A stretch of 63,965 bases of DNA, the filler included, from Octopus bimaculoides (lineage: Eukaryota): the NCBI RefSeq assembly GCF_001194135.2. It is 7 parts of 7 records of this genome, joined end to end, with 100 filler letters (N's around TTAATTAATTAA, not from the genome) between each part and the next. Parts side by side here need not be neighbours in the genome. Positions count along the whole stretch, not along the records: positions 1 to 19,344 come from NC_068993.1; positions 19,445 to 39,421 come from NC_068982.1; 5 more parts are not named here. One strand, written 5' to 3'. The notes under the pieces are model-generated. The model saw nothing but the letters and a program-made list of their open reading frames with translations, did no database searches and had not been told where the DNA came from. Numbering within the stretch: position 1 is the first letter of the stretch; each line of letters starts with the position of its first letter. Below are positions 12,241 to 25,360 of the stretch, piece by piece. The position numbers and the translations under genes were made by a program.

Positions 12241-14163
12241 CAATCACAAGCATACACACACAGACACGCATACACACACACAAACACACACACACACACA
12301 TCGTAATTATACACGCACAAACACAGATACATAGACACACACAGACACGCACAGACGCACACTCACACATACACACACAGACATACACACACACACACAC
12401 GTAAATATATGCTGCAGGACCAATGAGCTCCTCCTCCAAAATTTCACAAACAACGCATTAATCGGTAAGAAGTTATAATAGATAACACTTGACGATGCTT
12501 CAGTTCAGTGAGAGTGCTGGAAAAATGATAAATATCATTCAAAAATAATTTATACCTCTATTTTCTGGTCACTTAATTTCTAAGAAATTCCTCAAAAACA
12601 CTGTCTGTTGATAATATTTGTTTCATATGGTGCCATATACATCGTAGCAAGAGTTACAGGATCCTTTTAAATTTCAAAATGTGCAATGCAGAATGCAAGC
12701 TCATTTAAAAAAATAGATTTTTTTTTTCCTTTTTTCAAACAGAAGCTCAATTTTATCACGAAGTTTGTTTGGTACAAACATTTGAATTTATAATACAAAG
12801 CTGTGAATGCGATATTTGAATAAAGTTAAAAGAAAACGACAGGAAAATCGAAGTCTTCATTTAGCAGACGATACAGCATTCTGAAACAACTGCCAGCATT
12901 TGTAAAGATAAAATTGGCGGAGTTGAGCTGGATTGCAAATGGAGCTGGAAGAAAACAACGCTAACACTGCAGCGAGTATAAACTGTTAATGTGAAATGAT
13001 GGAGTTAGTACATTTGTTTTGTAGCTTCAAAAAATTATGTTTGCTACTCCATCATCTTATGAATATATTATAAATTATTTGATAATACATATCCTTTTTC
13101 GAAGCAGTCGGTATGCATTCTTTTGTATGTCGTCGTCATTAATAAGAGATTGGAATAAATGAATGATAATGTTGATCATGAATAGATCATTCCTAGTTAC
13201 TCCGAATGAATAGAATAAAAAGTAATATTTCATAAAAAAGGGTAATTTTGCAATTCTTTTTATACATTAAATTTTTCAAAACTAATTTCGGCTTTAGAAA
13301 TTCTATTGTTGGATTAACGTTTTTAAAATTTAATCTTTTATTCGCATTTCCGTTACTTTATGAGCAATTTGCAAATATTTATTTTTTTAATGAGGAGAAA
13401 TATACGACTTTTTCAGAGACACACAAACAAATTTACATATAAAACAACTATCCTAATAACGCCACATTGATAACTGATCTGTATGTATTCGTCCATATAT
13501 ACACACAAAACAAACACATACACATATAAATACACGTGGGTATACAGACATAAACATATATGTATATGAATGCAAATATATATGTATACACAAACATACA
13601 TATAAATATATATATATATATATATATANNNNNNNNNNNNNNNNNNNNNNNNNNNNNNNNNNNNNNNNNNNNNNNNNNNNNNNNNNNNNNNNNNNNNNNN
13701 NNNNNNNNNNNNNNNNNNNNNNNNNNNNNNNNNNNNNNNNNNNNNNNNNNNNNNNNNNNNNNNNNNNNNNNNNNNNNNNNNNNNNNNNNNNNNNNNNNNN
13801 NNNNNNNNNNNNNNNNNNNNNNNNNNNNNNNNNNNNNNNNNNNNNNNNNNNNNNNNNNNNNNNNNNNNNNNNNNNNNNNNNNNNNNNNNNNNNNNNNNNN
13901 NNNNNNNNNNNNNNNNNNNNNNNNNNNNNNNNNNNNNNNNNNNNNNNNNNNNNNNNNNNNNNNNNNNNNNNNNNNNNNNNNNNNNNNNNNNNNNNNNNNN
14001 NNNNNNNNNNNNNNNNNNNNNNNNNNNNNNNNNNNNNNNNNNNNNNNNNNNNNNNNNNNNNNNNNNNNNNNNNNNNNNNNNNNNNNNNNNNNNNTATACA
14101 TACATATATATATCTATGTACGTGTATATATACACACATATATAATTTTATATATGTATAAAT

Positions 14164-14201
<38 letters not shown>

Positions 14202-14678
14202 GTATGTATATTTGCATGTATGTATGTATGCGCACACGCTGACCCTTTATGCGTTTACTGCATGTGTAAACATTAAGAGGCTAACATTAACATCACACTA
14301 AGCTGTAAGCCTTTTTTTTCATACATACTGACGCATTGACGTAAATGCATGCATAATGAAATTAAAAGAAAAAATACTGAAAGTCACATAGACACAAACA
14401 CAAGCACGCACACGCCCGCACACAAACATAAACACAAACACAGAAGCAAACACACACACACACACATACACACACACGCACACAGCAAAGAATATATACT
14501 TACATATTTGTAAATTTGAATATATTAATCCAATTCATGCATTTTAAATGGCTGAATTTTCTATTCATGTTTGTTTCCATAAAATATTCGATTTTTCTCA
14601 TAACAATATATTTTCGCATGTCAAAATATTTTAACAATATCGATGGATATGCATTTTCTTTATATTTAATACCTTCTC

Positions 14679-14679
<1 letters not shown>

Positions 14680-14756
<77 letters not shown>
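14680..14756. repeat. (CT)n microsatellite
   Basis: Direct inspection. Confidence 0.95.
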
Positions 14757-14758
<2 letters not shown>

Positions 14759-16084
14759 CTATCTCTATCTTTATATATATATACATTTACAAACACATAC
14801 AAGCACAAACTCTCACACACACACAGAGACACTCAAATACACACACATATACACATCTAACACATATTTTGATATACACACGCAATCACAAATTTACATA
14901 TATTAATATATTAATATACCCACACACAAGACAAGACGCGCACGTGTTATTGCGAATATATACATCTGTGCATAGATATGTGTTTGCGTGTATGTGTGTG
15001 AGTGTATGTATCTGTATAAGATCGGAAGAGCGNNNNNNNNNNNNNNNNNNNNNNNNNNNNNNNNNNNNNNNNNNNNNNNNNNNNNNNNNNNNNNNNNNNN
15101 NNNNNNNNNNNNNNNNNNNNNNNNNNNNNNNNNNNNNNNNNNNNNNNNNNNNNNNNNNNNNNNNNNNNNNNNNNNNNNNNNNNNNNNNNNNNNNNNNNNN
15201 NNNNNNNNNNNNNNNNNNNNNNNNNNNNNNNNNNNNNNNNNNNNNNNNNNNNNNNNNNNNNNNNNNNNNNNNNNNNNNNNNNNNNNNNNNNNNNNNNNNN
15301 NNNNNNNNNNNNNNNNNNNNNNNNNNNNNNNNNNNNNNNNNNNNNNNNNNNNNNNNNNNNNNNNNNNNNNNNNNNNNNNNNNNNNNNNNNNNNNNNNNNN
15401 NNNNNNNNNNNNNNNNNNNNNNNNNNNNNNNNNNNNNNNNNNNNNNNNNNNNNNNNNNNNNNNNNNNNNNNNNNNNNNNNNNNNNNNNNNNNNNNNNNNN
15501 NNNNNNNNNNNNNNNNNNNNNNNNNNNNNNNNNNNNNNNNNNNNTATATATGTATGTAATGTGTGCGTCGAGGTGCGCGTATATGCGTGAATAGCTGAGT
15601 GTGCCAAAGTTTGCGTAAGGGAAGGCATTTTATTTTTCCGGCAATTTATGCCGATCGCCTCTCTGTCACGTTCTATATATTTCAATAACTTGCAAATCTG
15701 ACTTTGTAGATGCAAGTTGAAATTACAAAGCTCTGGGTTAAAACGGTATGAAACGACTGCAGCGTATTACCGGTATCTATTATACGATCCATAAACAAAG
15801 ACTCTAACGAGACATAAATACTTGATTGTAATACTTTATAGATGCAAAAGGGTTGCGTATTTAATATGTTGGTTTAGCGACCGCGTCGTTTCAAGCTTGC
15901 CGAAGTGTTTTCTTTCATAGCCCCGGGAGGACTACAGAGATGTGAACAAATATTTCAGCTGGAGACTGTGTGGAGACTCTTTTCACATATGCCTATATAA
16001 AAAAGTGTTTGTATGAACGTACACATGTAGGCGTATATTTATGTATATATATGTACATGTGCGTGCATGTGTATGTGTGTGTCT

Positions 16085-17270
16085 TCTATTATTTATTTAT
16101 TAGGAATCTTCCACTGAGGAGGGTGCCCGTTTCCAACAATGATACAACGCTCCATCTTTTGGATGTAGTTAACACAGACAAATTCAAATTTGGAACTTGA
16201 GAAAAGTCTTCCATATTTTTGCTGTTCCACTTACAGATTACACCTGTAATTTACGAATTTACTAACTAAACCGAGTGCTCCAATTATTATTGATATGCAT
16301 ACGAATTGATACTCTGGATATAGAAGCTGGGGTTTCGAAGCAATTGTCAATAGATCTCCTCTTTTATTTTGATTTTCAAAGAGGTTTTTTATATCTACAG
16401 GGCAGCTTACGTCTATGATGGTACATATCTTTGCCCCTCTGTCCCAAACAACAATATACGGCCAGTTATATTTACTTTTGTCAAAAGTTTTGATGGGAAC
16501 GATAATGGATTCAGTGCCAAAATGAAAAGAAGTATAGAAAGACTATCTCCCTGGAATATTCCTTTTGAAATGATATTATTCCTTTTGAAATTATTCTGTT
16601 CTGAGTTGTAAGAGTAAGAGCTGTTCTTCATGTCTTTGGGAGTCGCTCTATAGCAGCAGCTAATTTAGTAGGTACATTTGCCAGACTTAGGCGCTTCAAC
16701 AGCCATGGATTAGGGAGAGAGACAAATGCATTCCTATAGTCGAGCCATACTGTAATATTTCTACGTTGTTTTCTTACTTCAGACAGTACAGCTTTGTTCA
16801 TTAAGAGTTGTTCGGCACATCTCCGCACTCCCTTCTTTCCACCAGCCTGTTCATCAGTCACAATGTTGTTCGACTCACAATGGTCTTGGAGGAATTGGTT
16901 GAGGCAACTTGTGCACAGTTCGTACATAATATTTAGGCAAGTAATGGGCCTGTAGTTTCCTTCCATCTTGGTGATTTTATTTTTGGCAACAAGATTTTTC
17001 CCTGCTGTAGCAAGCCAATTTGGTATAACAGTCTGATCTTCCATAGTCCTTTTGAACATACATATCAATTAGTTTCTGTAAAATGTCAGTTTCTTGCACC
17101 AATATCAAACTGTTAGGCCCTTTCCAGGTGCCTTTCCATTTTGCAGTTTGCCTACTGCCAAAGCGAAGGTTTCTGCATCAATTTTGTATGTTTTACTGTT
17201 AGTGTTCCTGTTAGAGTTCTCTCTCAACTGTATTTAACCATAATGCATTCAGGTTGAAATCCCTCTTTCA
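16085..17270 (-). mobile_element. R4/Dong-clade non-LTR retrotransposon, internally deleted (RT N-half joined to REL endonuclease)
   Basis: KLQNGKAPG; NYRPITCLNIMY...EQAGGKKG...EQLLMNK...WLDYRNAF...WLLK; GIFQGDSLSILLFILALNPLSF; then immediately KYNWPYIVVWDRGAKICTIIDVSCPVD and YPEYQFVCISIIIGALG (REL PD..D region); (TAAA)n-like tail near 16085. Confidence 0.85.
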
Positions 17271-18632
17271 TTCCAAATGTTTGAACAGAATGATTGGAGA
17301 TCTTGTTGTAGGTATGCATGTCTTTACATACGTACGTACGTATGTATGTCGTTATTCAGTTTTATTTCAAGATTCGTTGCCAATACAGAAAGGGAGAGAG
17401 AGAGACATACAGAGACAGAGAGGAAAAAAGTGAGAGAGACAGAAAGAAAGAGGGAGGGAGGGAGAGATTGAGCCGGATTCTAACCTAGATTCAAGGTTTT
17501 TTCATTGGAATTTCAACAATATCGACGGAGTATTTTGCATGTATTTGAGTAAATGTACAGTGGAGTCACTGCATGTGCATATTTGCATGTACGTATCCAT
17601 GTATACATGCATGAATGCGTCTTTGTGTGTCACCACTTCACCGCTTAACAAACAGCAAGGGTTTGTTCCCATCCTGGTAATTTAAACCGACGGAATAAAT
17701 ACCGAAGTGGTACCTCTGCAAGGCGGCAGTTCAGAGACGGATGGCAAAATGTAAAATGTTACACAATAATATACCAAATTCTGTATATTTTATTATCACT
17801 TTCATTGCCCAGATAATTGATTTCTTCTACTGAAAATTGTTCACCAAAGAAGGGAATATATTTCTAAGCAGAAATGTAGTATATTACTGGTTATTATTTC
17901 ATCATAAATAGAAATTTTGAATTACATGCTTCGTCAGAGTGAAATTTAAACAGAGAAGATTGAGTCCCATCATCGCCCAAGTGATGGGTTCTAATATTAT
18001 TATTTTCCATTTAGGAAGCAGACCAATAATTGTCAGTTAGAATAATAATAATGGATGGAAGTAACATTTGTATAATGCTAATAAACATTTTATCGATAAT
18101 TCACAGTTGATAAGTATGTTCCATGTGGGAGGTTTCGGTGGCCTGTATATAATGAAAATCAATATATTAGTTGGTAGGCTAAAATGATTCAAACGGAAAT
18201 GTGTGTTTCATATAAATGTATCTATGTATCTATCTAGCTAGCGAGCAAACCCAGCTGTTTGTCAGTCTCAGTGTTGTCAGTCAGTCTGTCTGTCTGTCAC
18301 TCTCTCTCTCTCTCTCTTTCTCTCTCTCTGTCTATCTATCTATCTATCTACCTATCTATATATATGTCTGTCTGTCTATCTGTCTGGTTGTTTCTCTGTG
18401 TCTACTTGTCTGCCTGCCTCTCACTCTGTATTTGTCTATCTGTCTATCTATCTATCTATCTATATATATCTCAGTCTGTCTCTTTTTCTCTCTCCCTCCC
18501 TCTCTTTCTCTCTATCAATCTGTCTACCTATTTGTCTGTTTATCTATCTGTCTGTTTGCCGTTGTGTAACTCTCTCTATATCTACATACACACACACACA
18601 GACTAACTCAGATATATACACATCTATATCTT

Positions 18633-18670
<38 letters not shown>

Positions 18671-19129
18671 CGTGCATGCGCGTATGTATTTCTGCGCGCG
18701 CACATATGTGAAGGCACTGCACATAGCGTTGATTCACGATCGTAAGATTCTCGTTTCGATTACTCGCCCGGTGGCTTTCTACAACGGAGCAGTTCATAGA
18801 GAATGTTACCATCCCGCCATCACAAGCAGGGGAGCATCATTCAACGACTACGACAATGTAAGAAAGCGCATAGAGATCAGCAATGTATAACAACATCGGA
18901 TAGTCTGGTCGTTATATCAATAATCATATGCAAAAATATATGCCCTGAGCGGGTCTCTCCCTTGGAGGGAAATTTCTCCTACCCTGGAATTTCTTTGCAA
19001 AGTCTCCTTCTCTCCGCGTCTTACTCTGGATGTAAACATAAGTAGCAGCACCAACAGTCACCAGTCAAATTTCACACGGCTATGTATATATATATATATA
19101 TATATATAAGCAATGTTAATTCTCTAAAT

Positions 19130-19344
19130 GAAGTATTAACAGTAACTGCACGATAAAGTGTAGTATATTGCCACTTAAGTGTGGCTGACCCCTAGGGGTG
19201 GATGTTACTGTTGCTTTTAGCCCCAGGAGGACATCTCCTCCAGCTGGCTTATCGACACACGACTGTGTCCTGTTTGCCAAGGGAGTTATCCCTCTCACCT
19301 CGACCAGCAGCACGAACGTATCCGGATTTCAGGGTTATTTCCCT
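19130..19344. mobile_element. Interspersed repeat (probable LINE-tail family), second copy at 55140-55225
   Basis: cgataaagt(t)gtagtatattg.cacttaa.gtg...ctactg..gct(t)tagccc is shared by both loci. Confidence 0.5.
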
Positions 19345-19444
19345 NNNNNNNNNNNNNNNNNNNNNNNNNNNNNNNNNNNNNNNNNNNNTTAATTAATTAA
19401 NNNNNNNNNNNNNNNNNNNNNNNNNNNNNNNNNNNNNNNNNNNN

Positions 19445-19650
19445 GGCCGTTTTCGTGCGGGTGACACGTAAAAGCACCCACTACACTCTCTGAGTGGTTG
19501 GCGTTAGGAAGGGCATCCAGCTGTAGAAACTCTGCCAAATCAGACTGGAGCCTGGTGTTGCCATCCGGTTTCACCAGTCCTCAGTCAAATCGTCCAACCC
19601 ATGCTAGCATGGAAAGCGGACGTTAAACGATGATGATGATGATGATGATG
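19445..19650 (+). mobile_element. Young RTE-tail-type SINE/LINE 3' end ending in (GAT)n
   Basis: ggcgttaggaagggcatccagctgtagaaactctgcc...ccaacccatgctagcatggaaagcggacgttaaacgatgatgat; 4 differences over ~185 nt from the copy at 49340-49530. Confidence 0.85.
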
Positions 19651-20099
19651 ATATATATATATATGATGGGCTGCCACACAGTTTCTGCGTAAGCATTGGT
19701 CAAACTGGGCCCTCATATAAGCAGACACTCTTGGCCAAGGTGCTGTGCAGTGATACTGAACCCAAAACCACATGATTGCAAAAGAAGCTTCTTAACCACA
19801 CAGCTATGTTGTGTCTGTAACTTCCTAACCACACAATCAGAAAATTTTGCTACTTTTTAATTATACTTTTCTTCTGGTTTCTTTATTAAAACAAAATCTT
19901 TTATTTATGAAATTTTGTAAGCATTTTTTTTTTATATTTTTAATTTGGCTATACAATGCGTTTGCAGTTTTAGCAAGCTTTTTTTTTTTATGAATTCATT
20001 CAATTTGGACAGATTATAATAATCTGGAGACTTGTCAACTAAACAAAATGTCTTTCTTTTTTCATATGACTGCTCAGAAATGTTTACTCTTAAGTACCA

Positions 20100-20530
20100 T
20101 ATCGTCATCATCATCATCATCATCATTTTAATGTCCACTTTTCCATGCTTTTATGGGTCAGCCGGAATTTGTTGAGGCAGATCTACAACCAGATCCCTTT
20201 CCTATCACCAATCCTCGCCTGTTTCCAAGTAAGGTAAATATTTATTATGTCCAGACATGTTTTCCCATGGGAGACTGGAAATGAACAACGCTGATTGTAT
20301 GCTGATTATACTCTTATTTACACCCATCATGTAATGTCTGGACAAGATTATACACACACACATGTACATGCAACTGCTTTTTTTGAGTTTCCATCTACCA
20401 AATTCCATCTCTACTCATAAAGCTTTGGTCAGCTCAAGGCTATAGCAGAGGACACAAAACCCAAGGCGCCACACAGTGGGAATGAATCTGAGATCACATG
20501 GTTGTGAAGCAAGCTTCTCAAACAAACAGC
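20100..20530 (-). mobile_element. Old RTE-tail-type repeat followed by degraded composite-SINE head
   Basis: catcatcatcattttaatgtccacttttccatg... (reverse of a GAT-tailed repeat); 20420-20525 matches the SINE head with CpG->CpA/TpG changes. Similar arrangement at 32020-32390. Confidence 0.6.
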
Positions 20531-21749
20531 AATGCCTGAAGAACATGTGTCAAATTGATATAAATCAAAATGAGATTTAAAATGTCTATTGGTATGTTCA
20601 TCTTTACTACATTAAAAAATTTTACTATAGCTATTTGGGGTCCCTTTATATGAATTGTAAATTAAGGTATGTGGGAATAAAATGGTTGTGGGTATTCTCT
20701 GTTTATTGAATAATTATTTGTTGAGTAAATTAAAAATATTTCCACTTGACTTTGTTTTCATAAAAGTTTATGTATCCTAGAAATAAAGGAATTTTTTTTA
20801 ATGGCACTAAGCTACCTATTTATTGAGATTTATCAATTAAATTACTACCAGTAGGTATCATACTATAGTTCAGAGTCAAACAAAGCCTTATGAATGAATT
20901 TGGTAGACAAAAGCTGAAAGAAACCTGTCACGTGTGTGTGTGTGTGTGTGTATGTGTATTAGTGTCTCCTTGTCTTGACTTGTGTGAGAATGTCTTTGTC
21001 ATACAAGCAGTATCCTTTGTTCCCAGTCTTTTGGGAAAACATGTCTAGCCATACTGAGATATTTTACTTGAAAACCAGCAAAGGTTGGCTACAGGAAGGC
21101 AATAGAGTATCTGCCTCAACAAAGTCCACCTGCCTCATAAAAAAGTGGATGTGAATATGATGATGGTGGTGATGGTGATCTTTCCAAATTCTATGCAGTA
21201 TTTCTTCCTTTATGGCACTGAGATTTTGTGTCCCCTTTTTCTGATGTTCCCACATTAACCCTTAAACTCTAGACCTCTCTTCTAAGTTTGGAATTTTTTC
21301 TGCAGTTCTTTAACATTTAATCATAAGGGCTAAAGACAGCTATACACTTGCCTGTTTAAAAAATTCTGCAGTGAACTCTCTTTGCTTCTTACAGCATGTA
21401 TGGTTCACACAAACTGTTTATCTAACCACCACACCACCATGATGATTCTGTAAAAATAAACTTCTTGCAGTTGGTATCATCAGTGATTCTATGATCAATA
21501 AACATAATTTGTATCTTACCCAAGCTAATCCTCTCTTGAGATCCTTTCCCAATTTATTTCTTTTAAATTAATCAAAATAACAAGCGTAATTTTTGTATCC
21601 TAACCATTTTGTTACAATATTTATGTTGAAATATGTGGCTTTCGCTTGAATAAACTCTGAAAATAATGAAGAATTTAGTAAATTACCTCACATTTTACAT
21701 TATTAAACATGTAAGCCTAGCAGAATTGTTAGCATGTTAAACAAAATGC

Positions 21750-21925
21750 TCAGCAACATTTCTGCTGGCTTTATTTTCTGAGTTCAAATTCTGTTAAAGT
21801 CAACTTAGCCTTTCACTCTTTCAGGGTCAATAAAATAAATTACCAGTCAAGTACTGGGGTCAATATAATTGATTTACTCCACCCCACTAAAATTACTGGC
21901 CTTGTGCCAAAATTTAAAACCATTA
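21750..21925 (+). mobile_element. Degraded Meta-SINE-like element
   Basis: gagttcaaattctgttaaagtcaacttagcctttcactctttcagggtcaataaaataaattaccagtcaagtactggggtcaat...ggccttgtgccaaaattt. Confidence 0.65.
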
Positions 21926-24789
21926 TTAAGCTGATGTTTAGAACATAAATTCTCCTGAAATTTTGATGGAAGGTTTTAATCTAAAACAAGGAGTTTATAT
22001 CAGGGGTTGGGTTACAGGCAGTTTATCATAAAAGGGTTAATTAGCATACTACTGTAGCTAGAGTACTGCTGTGTGTCACATGTTGATACCAGCAGGCATA
22101 TTTGATCAATGATGTCTCAACAAAACTACTGTTATAAATCATTTGTAATTTAAGCAGTGAAAGCAAAATTCTAAGAATGACTGTGTGTTGATTAAAGATA
22201 AGATAGTACTAGTAAATTCCAAAGTATACCAACGATTGTAGTTTACAAAAATAAAAAGACAGATGAAAGAGAAATAATTTGCTGGCATAAGTATGTGGTT
22301 TTTTCTTTTGGTATTGTTGAAGTTGTTGGTATACAAGAGTAGAGCCATTTCATATTGTTGCACAGTGGAATTAATTTGAGCATCATAACTAGTTGGCTTC
22401 AGTTCAAATTGCTTGAAGCTAAAGTTGACACAGACTTCACAATAAATTAGTGCTGTTAAAAAGTAGACACATTTTATATTTTGGAAATTAGATGTAAAAC
22501 AGGAGTAAAATATAAAAATTAAATATTTGTGTTCTGGTTTAGTCAGGTGAAAGAGTTAATACAAATGACTTTCACAGGCCCTCTGAGACAAAGATTGATA
22601 TATTTGAACATTTGTAGGTCAACATCTCTATAGAAAAACAAAAACAAAATATATAAGTAGAAAGTGGTTCCTAGAGAGTTGAAATTCTAGGAAGGAAGAA
22701 TTTAAAATACTATTGACACAGCATGGAAGGTAAGATGAGTGAGAGGGGTAGTAGGCTGGGTGGACTTGGGTAAAGAGAATTAATTTGTCTCATTTTTGGT
22801 TCTTGTTTTAACCAACACATTTATGCTTCTAATACATTTTGGCAATGAATGAACTTCACAACTTTCATGCATTTTCAATAAATTTGAAGCCAATTATAAA
22901 CCTTGTTTTAATTTGGCTCTGTGTTAGTTCTTGATAATGGGGTTGGTTGTATCATTACTTAACTTATTGATTATGTATGAGCTTAGCTTTGTAGACTTGA
23001 GCCTTCAGAAGCTAATCAGGCTGGCTCTTTTGTGCCACACCACAATTAGCAGTTTTAAAAAAATTCTTTTATAAAAACAAATCAATATGATTGTTTTTTT
23101 TTTTCCCCCATTCTTCACCTTCCTGATATTTCTTGTTGCAAGATTGCTTTTTTAATTTTTTAAAAATATTTTTTCAGATAATTGTTTTTGAAAGACTTCT
23201 GTCTGATGACAGTTCGTCATCAACATCAGCATCATCATCATCAACAACAATATTAGCTTCATCATCATCAAGAATATCACCTTCATCGTCATCATCATTG
23301 TCAGTCATTATTGTCATCAATATTATCTTAATTATGATTTTTCATCTTCATTATCATATTCAGTATTTTCATCATAATTATAATTGTCATTATCAGCATC
23401 TTCCTCATCCTCCTTGTCACTATTATCTTCTTTATTGCTGTTTTCCTTTTTCTCCTTTTATTATAAATATTATTAGTTGGGCCAATGTTAGAATCTCTGT
23501 GCAGTAGTTTGAACTACTCGAAAAAGCTGCCAAATTGCTCTCAAATCACATTTTACCATCAGAAATAAAGAAGGATATTGGATAACCTAGTTCTAGGTAA
23601 ACTATCCCTACAGAAAAGACAGGATGTTCATAACTGGAATACTTAATTGTAGGTCTTTTGGAACTGGCTTGAGCTCAACCTGACCATGACATCGAAGTTT
23701 GTACAAAACTCTTATCTAAAAATTAAAATTTAAAAATGTTGTCTAAAGGTATAAATGTCATAAACTCTTTCCCCACCACATCCTAAACTATATTGGAAAA
23801 GATAGTTTCTGTTGCAATTAATTCAAATGAACTGTATCAATAGATTTTCATTTACAACTGATTAAATAACCACCTGTATTATTTAAAACCATATTTTCTT
23901 AAGTGTTATCAACTTCACTGCTCAATATTATATTAGGTCTGCTGAATTAATTCTCTACTTCCAGTTCTGAGCACATTTCACCCCATCTCATCTTTTTAAA
24001 AACAAATATTGATTAGTTTAATCAATTATTATTAGTTTTTAATTTTATTTATAAATGACTAAAGATTTTGTTTTTGTATTTTATGGTTACCTAGCAGCAC
24101 ATTCTATGAAATTATTAATTTTCTTTCTGGAAAGCTAATGATATTTTTTGTTTATCTTTATTGGCCCACATTTTATTGGCTCACCTGATAGCAAATTTTA
24201 AAAATCTTCCAATATATAATGAGGTTACTAAGAGTTAGAAAAAGAGTTAAATCTACTTGGAAATAAGATAATTTTCATGTTTTTTCCCTCTTTTCTATAC
24301 ACATGTGTCCAAAGCACATTTATTAAACTCCTTATATAATTATTCCTTTCCTTTTATTTCTGAAGTTTAAAATAGCAAATCTTAAAAACTTAATTGTTTG
24401 GTTGACAAAGTTGTAACTCTTAATGGTACCAATAGTTAATTGATTTTGTCTTCTAACATAAGGGAACCTCTTTATAAAAATGAAAGAAAATTATTTTAAA
24501 AGCATGACAAATCTGAAATAAACCATCAATGGATGGACAAACTAATAAATTTTCAATTGAAGTTAATTTTGAGTGTTAACAAAGTGATTGATTTTCTTTA
24601 GATTTTTACATGACACATCAGTTTATCCTTTTTTTTATTTTGATTATATAACATCTTAAAATTTTATTTTGATTATATAATGTCTTAAAATAAAATCATA
24701 ATCAAATACCAACTTCATTTGGTTCTTTGATAAAATTGCACTTTGTACTTTTCTCTAAGTGCTTGTCATCATTAACATCAATCATTGCT

Positions 24790-25360
24790 TTTATGTTCAT
24801 TTTAACATATTGGCATGGATTGGACAGCAAAGCATATTCCAATTTTTGTCAGTTCTGCCTCAAAATTTATGTTCTTTATTCAAATATCGGTTTTCCTGGC
24901 TGATTTTGGCTTGTCTCCCAAGGTCATGTTAACATCCTAACTTCTGACATCATCACTTCTTCGTATATCATCTTTACTCATCATTGTCTGTCACTGATAT
25001 CTTTCACTCTCAAGACACACTCATTTTTCATAAATCAGGTGTTTTCCAGTACAGATAAGTCTTCCTAATAGTTTTAATGCCCTATCACTTTATCACTTCA
25101 TATGATTTGTCATGGAAGTTAATATTGCACACACAGCAGATCACATATTCACTCTATTTCTTTCCAAGCTGTATAGATCTTCTTTGTTCAATACTCATGG
25201 CTGACTGCCATACAGTATAATATTTTGCTTTCAAGCTTGATTCCAATATCCTATGTACTCTTTCTAAGTTGGATTACAGGAGCAAATCTAAAGTATAGAA
25301 ATTACCTATTGAATATTCATTTGTGACATACAGAACCAGATGAATGGATATTCCTTTCTT
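24790..25360 (-). mobile_element. RTE-clade LINE 3' remnant
   Basis: Minus strand ILYGSQP*VLNKEDLYSLERNRVNM (cf. RTE MLYGSETWAL..EDL.RLERNEMSM). Confidence 0.5.

Noticed and set aside
18700-19040. Possible minus-strand mariner catalytic-domain relic (MMLPCL*WRDGNILYELL)
   Set aside because: Only one loose motif; no GDE.W, D34D or TIR seen.
19345-19444. TTAATTAATTAA 12-mer recurring at 19389, 39466, 44738, 49136, 57252 and 62580
   Set aside because: It always sits between two N runs (44 N + 12 + 44 N = 100 here) and has stops in all six frames: an assembly gap spacer, not biology.
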